A stretch of 64,000 bases of DNA from Dehalococcoidia bacterium (lineage in GTDB: Bacteria; Chloroflexota; Dehalococcoidia; Dehalococcoidales; UBA1222), in NCBI GenBank assembly GCA_009779255.1, contig WREQ01000002.1, positions 59 through 64,058 of the forward strand, written 5' to 3'. The notes under the pieces are model-generated. The model made no database searches and was not told the DNA's origin. It saw only the letters and a list, made by a program, of their open reading frames with translations. A program made the position numbers and the translations under genes. How positions within the stretch are numbered: the first letter of the stretch is position 1; each line of letters starts with the position of its first letter. This document shows, in pieces, positions 49,838-57,050 of this stretch.

Positions 49838-51601
49838 GTGAAACCACTGCATTTTGTCCTGCGCTACGCCAGGGCTTATTCCCGCGTCCTCGTCATCACC
49901 ATCGCCTCCATGGTTTTGTTGGTAGGCGGCGGGCTTATCATCCCGTGGATTATCGAGAACCTGCTGACGACTCTGCAGTCGGGAGACGTCTCCGACCAGA
50001 TGCTGCGCGATGTTTCACGCCTGTCGTTGATTGCGATGGGCATCTTCCTGCTCCGCGCCGTTTTTTCATTCACACAGAACTACTGCGCCCACATCGCCGG
50101 CTGGGGCGTGGTAGCCGACGTGCGCAAGTTCATCTACGAGCGTATGCAGCGCTTCAAACTGCGATTCTATGAGGACAAACAGACCGGCCAGCTGATGACA
50201 CGCGTCATGGACGACACCGGCAAGTTTGAGGACATGATTGCCCACGCTGTTCCGAACTTACTCGTCAGCGCGGTGACACTGCTGGGCGTAATCACGGTGC
50301 TGATGATTTTCAACTGGCAACTGGCGCTGCTGTCGTTGATACCTATTCCATTCGTGATACTCTTCATGCGCGGCTTCGCCAAATACGTGCGCCCGGCCTT
50401 CCGCCTGAGACAAGCGGAGCTGGCCAACATCAACGCCGTGCTAGCGGACAACATCACCGGCATCCGCGACATCAAGGCCTTCACCCGCGAGGAGGAGGAG
50501 GCGCTGCGCTTCAACCGCGGTATTGAACGCCACCGCCGGCTGTCGCTCAAGGCGATTAAAATGATGAGCGCCTTCGAGCCGCTGGTGGACTTAGCATCAT
50601 CGGCAGGTACACTGATTGTAATTTACTTCGGCGGGCGGCTGGTGGTGAATGAGAGCCTCACCGTGCCGGTGTTGGTGGCCTTCTTCCTTTACCTGAGCCA
50701 GTTGTACGCACCTGTGCGCACGATGTCGATTTCCTGGGAGCACGTGCAGGAAGCGCTGGCCTCAGCCGACCGTCTGACAGAGCTGGTGGATGAAGAGCCG
50801 GAGGTCAATGACGCGCCGGGAGCGCTGCAGCTAACGGAGCGGGCGCGGGGGGAACTGGTCTTCCGCAATGTCACTTTCGGATACAAAAACGGCATTACCG
50901 TGCTGGAGCATATTGATCTCGAAATCCCGGCCAAGAGCGTGGTAGCGCTGGTAGGTCCGAGCGGCGTCGGCAAGAGTACACTGGTAAGCCTGATACCGCG
51001 ATTTTATGATGTGAGCAACGGCGCGGTGATGCTGGACGGGAAAGACATCAAAACCATCACACTGGAAAGCCTGCGCAGGCAGGTGAGCATCGTGCTGCAG
51101 GATGTGTTCCTGTTCCATGGCACGGTGCGTGATAACATCCTCTTCGGCAGACCTGACGCCACAGACGAGGAGGTAATCGCCGCCGCAAAGGCGGCCAACG
51201 CCCACGAGTTTGTGACGGCAATGCCGGACGGCTATGATACGCTGGTAGGCGAACGCGGCGTCAAACTATCAGGCGGGCAGAAGCAACGCATTTCCATCGC
51301 GCGGGCACTGCTCAAGGACGCTCCGGTGCTGATACTGGACGAAGCAACCTCTTCTATTGACACCGAAACCGAGGTGCTGATACAGCAGGCACTGGAAAGA
51401 CTGATGGCGGGGCGCACCACAATCATCATCGCACACCGGCTGTCCACCATCCGCGGGGCAGATCAAATCGTGGTGCTGGACGGCAAACATATCGCCGAGC
51501 GCGGTACCCACGCCGCACTGATGACGCGGCATGGGCTGTACGCCCGCCTCACCGGCGCACAGAATCGGCTGGACAGAGGGGAATCCTCCTCTACCAGTTA
51601 A
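49838..51601 (+). CDS. ABC transporter, fused permease/ATPase (MsbA/exporter type)
   Basis: Six-TM domain plus NBD with Walker A GPSGVGKST, signature LSGGQKQR and Walker B ILILDEATS. The start is uncertain: GTG 49838 is chosen because the track ORF opens at 49739 with a non-transporter-like N-terminus. Confidence 0.9.
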   Translation: MKPLHFVLRYARAYSRVLVITIASMVLLVGGGLIIPWIIENLLTTLQSGDVSDQMLRDVSRLSLIAMGIFLLRAVFSFTQNYCAHIAGWGVVADVRKFIYERMQRFKLRFYEDKQTGQLMTRVMDDTGKFEDMIAHAVPNLLVSAVTLLGVITVLMIFNWQLALLSLIPIPFVILFMRGFAKYVRPAFRLRQAELANINAVLADNITGIRDIKAFTREEEEALRFNRGIERHRRLSLKAIKMMSAFEPLVDLASSAGTLIVIYFGGRLVVNESLTVPVLVAFFLYLSQLYAPVRTMSISWEHVQEALASADRLTELVDEEPEVNDAPGALQLTERARGELVFRNVTFGYKNGITVLEHIDLEIPAKSVVALVGPSGVGKSTLVSLIPRFYDVSNGAVMLDGKDIKTITLESLRRQVSIVLQDVFLFHGTVRDNILFGRPDATDEEVIAAAKAANAHEFVTAMPDGYDTLVGERGVKLSGGQKQRISIARALLKDAPVLILDEATSSIDTETEVLIQQALERLMAGRTTIIIAHRLSTIRGADQIVVLDGKHIAERGTHAALMTRHGLYARLTGAQNRLDRGESSSTS

Positions 51602-51634
51602 CCATCGGGCGGACTGCGCGTCCCTCCGGAGATT

Positions 51635-51877
51635 CTAAAGCAGAATGACCCCGGTTATCACCAGCGCCGCCGCGATAACCAGCGCAATCCTGCCTCCGGT
51701 AATCAGAGCGCCCGGCTGCGGGCTTTCCGGATTATGGGTAAGGAATTCGCGCAGGTCTTCCTTCTGCGCCAAAGCATTATCCAAATCGACTCTTTCACGG
51801 CGTCCCCACAGAACAAACCCTATTCCCAGGCCGGCAAAAAACGCGGCCAGCACAAAAGCCCATGCGGCAGCTGACAC
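51635..51877 (-). CDS. small two-TM membrane protein (80 aa)
   Basis: GTG start preceded by AAGGAGGA. Two hydrophobic helices flank a charged loop. Confidence 0.6.
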   Translation of the reverse strand: MSAAAWAFVLAAFFAGLGIGFVLWGRRERVDLDNALAQKEDLREFLTHNPESPQPGALITGGRIALVIAAALVITGVILL

Positions 51878-52113
51878 GGCATTCCTCCTTGCGAATCTTT
51901 ACCAGAATAATATAGAGAAGCGAGCTGAATAGCAATAGGACACATGCCGCCAGTCACCCGTTATGAGCCAGATGCCACACTAAAGACGGGTGCCGAAGTT
52001 CCGGGCAAGCGTTTAATGGCTGAATCCGCAGATGCACCATTTGCCAGCGTTTGCCAAGCCCGCCGTTTATCCCCGGCTTTGGCGCGCACCGCTTATAAAG
52101 CTTTCGGGTAGTC

Positions 52114-53763
52114 CTACCTCAGCTCCAGCTCTTTCTTCTTTTTATCAAAGATGAGCACGACGACAAGAATCTCCAGGATGAAGATAGTCGCGTTCACAAT
52201 GGTCCAAATGTCCACCAGCCGCACAGGCATGCTCATGTCCTCGGTCAGGAAGAAGACGATGACGCCGATAACAGCCAGGATGCCGACAACGAACAGCCAG
52301 AGGTACTTCACTGTGCGGACTTCCTGGTGGCCTTCTTTATCTTTGACACCATTCCACAAGAAGGCTCTGATCAACACCAGAACGGCCAGCAGCACCCCCA
52401 GGAGACAGAGGATGAGGTTGACGAGCGCCCATGGGTCGCCGTCTGAAGGCGGCGGCGGCGGATCACCACCCGTCGTCTGCGTCCAGTTGGCCCTTACGGT
52501 GACGTCGTTTGCCGGCATGGTGAAGGTGGTGGTGGCGCTGCTTGAGTTAGCCAGCGTAACGCCGCCCGAAACAACCGTCCAGCCAATGAAGGTATATCCG
52601 TCTCTGGCGCCGGCGTGGATGGTTACGACATTGCCGGGGGTGTAAGTGCCAGCGCCGGTGGTAGAAGCATAGCTGTCGTTGACGTAGACGGTATAGGCAG
52701 GAGGAGGCGGCGGGGAAGTCGTCTGTGTCCAATTGGCTCTTACGGTGACGTCGTTTGCCGGCATGGTGAAGGTGGTGGTGGCGCTGCTTGAGTTAGCCAG
52801 CGTAACGCCGCCCGAAACGACTGTCCAGCCCGCAAAGGTATATCCGTCTCTGGCGCCGGCATTGATGGTTACAACACTGCCAGGGGTGTAAGTGCCAGCG
52901 CCGGTGGTAGAGGCATAGCTGTCATTGACGTAGACGGTATAGGCAGGAGGAGGCGGCGGAGAAGTCGTCTGTATCCAATTGGCTCTTACGGTGACATCGT
53001 TTGCCGGCATGGTAAAGGTGGTGATACCGCTGTTTGGAGTAAACAGGGTCACGCCGCCGGAAACGACCGTCCATCCGGTGAAGGTATATCCGTCTCTGGC
53101 GCCGGCATGGATGGTTACGACCTCACCTTGGGCATAAGTCCCAGCGCCCGTGGGAGAAGCATAGCTGTCGTTGACGTAGACTCTATAGGCGGGCGGCTGC
53201 GGGGTGGCGGTAGTGGGAGGGGCGATATAAGAATGATTATAGCTTATACCATCGACCTTATCGCCAGCCTGGTTGCGGATAACCACTGTTGTTATGTCAT
53301 GCTCACTGCCGGCACGGACTTCAATGGTATACACCGCGTCGTCATAGGAATAACCAGGGAGACCGTGGGACGTAATATGGGTAAGGTCATAAGTATAGGT
53401 ACCGGTAGCCGCCACGCTGAAATCCAGAATGAGAGGCTGGTTCACCGTACCCGCCAGGGTAAAGATATAACTACCAGAATCAATGTAGCCACCGCTGATG
53501 TTGCTTGGCAAGGGATGGAAAGGCGTCCTTGGGGTAAGCTTATAGGTAAAACCAGCATTCGGAGCTGCTGCCGTATCGCCGGTAAAGTGCTGTTCAACGC
53601 TCTGGGTAACCACGCCCGGGGCCGCCATCACTGCAGGCGGGGTACCCAGGATATTCCCAAGCAGACAAACGGCTAAAATGACAGGGAGGGCAACCCCACC
53701 GACTTTGCCTATTTTAGCCTGGAGTATTCTTTTTATACCGGAAAGCATGGTGGTCATATTCAT
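52114..53763 (-). CDS. membrane-anchored pilin-domain / Listeria-Bacteroides-repeat surface protein (candidate basal pilus subunit)
   Basis: 549 aa. Signal peptide, then an FctA/Spy0128-like pilin-type segment (GFTYKLTP.., GTYTYDLTH...YSYDDAVYTIEVR). Three 82-aa repeats (..GYTF.GWTVVSGGVTL...FTMPANDVTVRANW) with PPPPP linkers. Three C-terminal TM helices and a KKKK tail. No sorting motif. Confidence 0.8.
   Translation of the reverse strand: MNMTTMLSGIKRILQAKIGKVGGVALPVILAVCLLGNILGTPPAVMAAPGVVTQSVEQHFTGDTAAAPNAGFTYKLTPRTPFHPLPSNISGGYIDSGSYIFTLAGTVNQPLILDFSVAATGTYTYDLTHITSHGLPGYSYDDAVYTIEVRAGSEHDITTVVIRNQAGDKVDGISYNHSYIAPPTTATPQPPAYRVYVNDSYASPTGAGTYAQGEVVTIHAGARDGYTFTGWTVVSGGVTLFTPNSGITTFTMPANDVTVRANWIQTTSPPPPPAYTVYVNDSYASTTGAGTYTPGSVVTINAGARDGYTFAGWTVVSGGVTLANSSSATTTFTMPANDVTVRANWTQTTSPPPPPAYTVYVNDSYASTTGAGTYTPGNVVTIHAGARDGYTFIGWTVVSGGVTLANSSSATTTFTMPANDVTVRANWTQTTGGDPPPPPSDGDPWALVNLILCLLGVLLAVLVLIRAFLWNGVKDKEGHQEVRTVKYLWLFVVGILAVIGVIVFFLTEDMSMPVRLVDIWTIVNATIFILEILVVVLIFDKKKKELELR
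52465..53196 (-). repeat. three tandem ~246-bp coding repeats
   Basis: Repeat starts PAYRVYVND / PAYTVYVND / PAYTVYVND at residues 191, 273 and 355. Copies 2 and 3 are almost identical at the DNA level by eye. Confidence 0.9.
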
Positions 53764-53764
53764 C

Positions 53765-54709
53765 CTACCCCTCGTATTGCAAATTGCGGTGGTTACGGCG
53801 ACGTTTGTTCCGCATGATTAAGAACAGAATCAGTACCAGGAAGAGAACCAGCAGGATTACGATGATAATCTTGCCCCACAGTGGGATACTCTCCCACAGG
53901 CCAGGAAGACCATCAACCGCCTTGGACTCTCCAATAAGTTTGTTCGTTTCCGACTCGTTAAAAGTTTCATAGGTAATCCTCCCGATAAGGATATCCCGTC
54001 CGCTGGTGGAGGAGCTGGAACAGGTGGCGAGGAGGATAATCCGATCCGAGGTGTCAACCCCGATATCGCGGGAATGGATGGCCATTTCCCCAATGCGATC
54101 AAGATATGCCTGTTGGGCTGGCTGCCCCGTGACGCGGGGATGGAAAATCTGGTAATCATAAGCACTGGTGTGGATAAAAGCGAAGAACTCCAGCCCGTAT
54201 TCTTTGCCATCATAATACAACATACCGTAAGGACGGGCTTCAAAATATTTCTGGTCGGCGAAGTTCCCAATCTCCCCGAACATGACCTGTTTTTCCATGT
54301 GGTGCCCGTAAATGATAGAGTTGAAATCGGAAAAATTCCGACTGCTACTGGCATCAATGAATATGGCGCCGGACAGGGAATATTTCCCTTCGGCGTTGGT
54401 ATTGACATACTTGAGGTTGTTTCTCCCCTGAACTACGGGATAGTCGATATTGGTGCCGTAGACCGTAAGCCAGGCGCAGACATCAGTGTTAATTGCCTGG
54501 AGTCTGGTAAAGGCCTCCCCGGCGTTCTCAGCTGTGGGTTTATATATCTCATAGCGGGCGGCGCTGGCAGCACCTGTGACTTGGTTGGAATCCCACATGG
54601 CGTAGCAGCCGATAGTAATAAGTAGCATCAAAGACATCAGAACGACGGTGTCTAAAACACCATGCGCCGCCTTGATGGCCCTCTTTCCTATCTTAACTGC
54701 TACGCTCAT
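53765..54709 (-). CDS. sortase, class B-like, with an extra C-terminal TM helix
   Basis: 314 aa. N-terminal anchor. ..NTDVCAWLTVYGTNIDYPVVQG.., His motif IYGHHM, Cys motif LLATC, Arg in SGRDILIG. C-terminal IIIVILLVLFLVLILFLI plus RNKRRR. Confidence 0.88.
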   Translation of the reverse strand: MSVAVKIGKRAIKAAHGVLDTVVLMSLMLLITIGCYAMWDSNQVTGAASAARYEIYKPTAENAGEAFTRLQAINTDVCAWLTVYGTNIDYPVVQGRNNLKYVNTNAEGKYSLSGAIFIDASSSRNFSDFNSIIYGHHMEKQVMFGEIGNFADQKYFEARPYGMLYYDGKEYGLEFFAFIHTSAYDYQIFHPRVTGQPAQQAYLDRIGEMAIHSRDIGVDTSDRIILLATCSSSSTSGRDILIGRITYETFNESETNKLIGESKAVDGLPGLWESIPLWGKIIIVILLVLFLVLILFLIMRNKRRRNHRNLQYEG

Positions 54710-54751
54710 ATGGGTTCTTACCTTAAAGGTTCGTGTTTTTAAGCTACAACC

Positions 54752-56173
54752 TTAGGAGATAACCGGTTCCTCTTGGTTGTCTTTCCTTTTGCGGGACTTG
54801 ATGGCCACGAAGAGTACGAGGCCGCCGACAGCCAGAACAATGAGGCCTACGAAGGCCAGGGTGTTCAGGTTGAGGCCGGTGGGCGGATCTTCGCTGTAGG
54901 TGTTGGTGAACAGGGCATAAGAATCACCCTGCTCAATGTCGCCTACATACAGGTTGGGGATGGGGGTGGCGTCAGCGGTGGGATCGTTGACGTTCAGGTA
55001 GACAACAGGGATGCCGAGGGGAGAGGCAACAGTGCTGCTCCAGCCGCCCTTAGCGTTGCCGTAGGCTTCGCCGTTAAGGTAAACAACGGCAAATGGGTAG
55101 TACTTGACAGCTCCGGCTTCGGCGACGGCGTAGGTGGCACTAGCCTCCAGGCCGGAGAAGAAGACCAGGCGCTGGCCGTCTTCCAGTGTGATACCGGTCT
55201 TCGCTACACCAGAGATGAATTCAATGTAGAGACCGTAGGCGCTAGTACCGGCAGAGTCGTTGACGTTGGTGACGTTAAGCCACGTACCAGGGTTGAGGAT
55301 GTCTTCCTGCATGACGGCAGCCCAGTACACTGAGGTGTTGTCAACGGTAGCAGGCTGGGTGACGGTCACGGTGAAATCAAAAGAGGTTACGGTACCGCCG
55401 ACGATATCCTTTTGAATGTACAGGAAGCCTTTGCCGTCGGTGGGGGTAGTGGTGTCGAATATGCGGTCGATGGTGTTGGTGAAAGCCAGGCCGTAGGCGC
55501 CTCCGCTGGTATCTACCTTGCCCAGGGTATCGGTAAAGTCATCGCCGAAGTCATCAACAGCCTTGAAGCCATAGACGCCGAAGATATAGAGGTCACCGAC
55601 TTGATGGTCAGGGCAACCAGCAGTATTGCATTCCTCAATGACGACGTAGAGGTAATACACGGCCTCGGAATAGTGCAGGTAGTCCTCGTAGTCAACACCG
55701 TCGGCTGTTACGTCGTCGCCAAGGAAGGCAGGGTTGGTGGCAGGCACGGTTTCCACAATCTCGTAGATGTAAATACCGGCAAGGCTCCAGGTAACGGCGT
55801 CTAAATCAATCTTTTCTTCCGCGTAGTAGTTGTCGTAGCCGTTAGGAACGGCAATGTCAGCTGCAGTCTCGTTGCCGTCAAAGGAGATGATGACGGTGTT
55901 GGCGCCACTAGTGACAAAGGTAAGCCCGGGCATGGTACTAGCGACGGTCTTATCGCCATTAAAGGAATACGGGGTGATGGTGAATTCAAAGTCGAGAGCG
56001 CCCGAATAGTTCGTAAATACAATACCGGAGGGGACCTTCAGCACTTTGGTAACGTAGGCTTCGGTGATAGCGTCTGGATCCACGGGGTCGGCCATAACAG
56101 ACACCGGCAGTGTTGTAAGACACAGCGCCAGCGTCATCAGGGAGGCCAAGGCTAGTTTGAGTTTCTTGGTCAT
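54752..56173 (-). CDS. two-domain pilin-like sortase substrate (candidate backbone pilin), sorting signal DPPTG
   Basis: 473 aa. Signal peptide ..LPVSVMA/DP. ..IYIYEIVETVP...YSEAVYYLYVVIEE... Two domain-terminal FTNT motifs. C-terminus EDPPTG, hydrophobic helix, KSRKRK. Confidence 0.85.
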   Translation of the reverse strand: MTKKLKLALASLMTLALCLTTLPVSVMADPVDPDAITEAYVTKVLKVPSGIVFTNYSGALDFEFTITPYSFNGDKTVASTMPGLTFVTSGANTVIISFDGNETAADIAVPNGYDNYYAEEKIDLDAVTWSLAGIYIYEIVETVPATNPAFLGDDVTADGVDYEDYLHYSEAVYYLYVVIEECNTAGCPDHQVGDLYIFGVYGFKAVDDFGDDFTDTLGKVDTSGGAYGLAFTNTIDRIFDTTTPTDGKGFLYIQKDIVGGTVTSFDFTVTVTQPATVDNTSVYWAAVMQEDILNPGTWLNVTNVNDSAGTSAYGLYIEFISGVAKTGITLEDGQRLVFFSGLEASATYAVAEAGAVKYYPFAVVYLNGEAYGNAKGGWSSTVASPLGIPVVYLNVNDPTADATPIPNLYVGDIEQGDSYALFTNTYSEDPPTGLNLNTLAFVGLIVLAVGGLVLFVAIKSRKRKDNQEEPVIS

Positions 56174-56279
56174 GCTTTTCCTTTCAGTTTTTTTTATTTT
56201 TTTGTTTTATATAAACAGGGGGTTAAGCCCGCCTGATACCTTTCATGGCAAGTTCTGTCATGTTTTAGTTGACACAAGG

Positions 56280-57047
56280 CTAGAGTCCTCTCCAGCGCAA
56301 GATAGTAATAACCGAACCCTTGGTGTCCTTGACGTTCACGGCTCCGTAGATACGGCTGTCGGTAGCGCTGGCTCGGGCATCACCCAAAACGAAGACCTCA
56401 TCTGCCTTTAACAGCATGGGAAAGCTGACGTCGCTCATGTACCGCTCGGTCTTCTCATAAATATCCGGCTCCTGCACCAAGGCGCTGTTCACCAGTAGGC
56501 CGTGGGTGTTGATATCAACAGTATCCCCTGCCACAGCCACCACCCTGCGAACCTGGGTCTGCCCCTCAAAGGTCAGGAGGAGAAGGTCGCCGGGTTCGTA
56601 GGACTTGTCCCAACGGTAATACATCACCAGGTCCCCGTCCTTCATCGCCGGAACCATCCCGGGTTCGCTGTTGTAGTGAATGCCATAGACAAAAGTGAAA
56701 GCCGCCACGGCCACGGCCACAATGATGCCGATTTTTGCTCCCAACCCCCCCAGCTCCCGCAGGAAAGAGTAGGAAGAAGAGCGGCGGGCAGGCGCCTTAG
56801 GGCGCGGCGGGACAGGGGTTGCGCCGCTACCCTCACTGCAAGTGGAAGTCGCGCTGCCAACCCCAGCAGGCCTTTTGCCCAACTCTACCTGGGAGGCAGA
56901 CGACACCTTTCCCTCACTGTGGCCGGAGGATATCACGGCATCGCTCCTGCCGGGTGGCGGCAAGATGACGGTATCCTCCCCCGAGGTGGGGGCAGGCAAA
57001 CCAGACGGGTTATTGTTTGAATCCATCTTGTCTTCAAGTCTCTCCAT
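56280..57047 (-). CDS. signal peptidase I (S26) homologue lacking the Ser/Lys dyad (SipA/LepA-like pilus accessory protein)
   Basis: 255 aa. Pro/Ser/Gly-rich N-terminal region, one TM. GMVPAMKDGD aligns to SMxPTLxxGD (Ser to Gly130). VRRVVAVAGD aligns to xKRxxGxPGD (Lys to Arg167). GDARASATDSR box retained. Confidence 0.8.
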   Translation of the reverse strand: MERLEDKMDSNNNPSGLPAPTSGEDTVILPPPGRSDAVISSGHSEGKVSSASQVELGKRPAGVGSATSTCSEGSGATPVPPRPKAPARRSSSYSFLRELGGLGAKIGIIVAVAVAAFTFVYGIHYNSEPGMVPAMKDGDLVMYYRWDKSYEPGDLLLLTFEGQTQVRRVVAVAGDTVDINTHGLLVNSALVQEPDIYEKTERYMSDVSFPMLLKADEVFVLGDARASATDSRIYGAVNVKDTKGSVITILRWRGL

Positions 57048-57050
57048 AGA

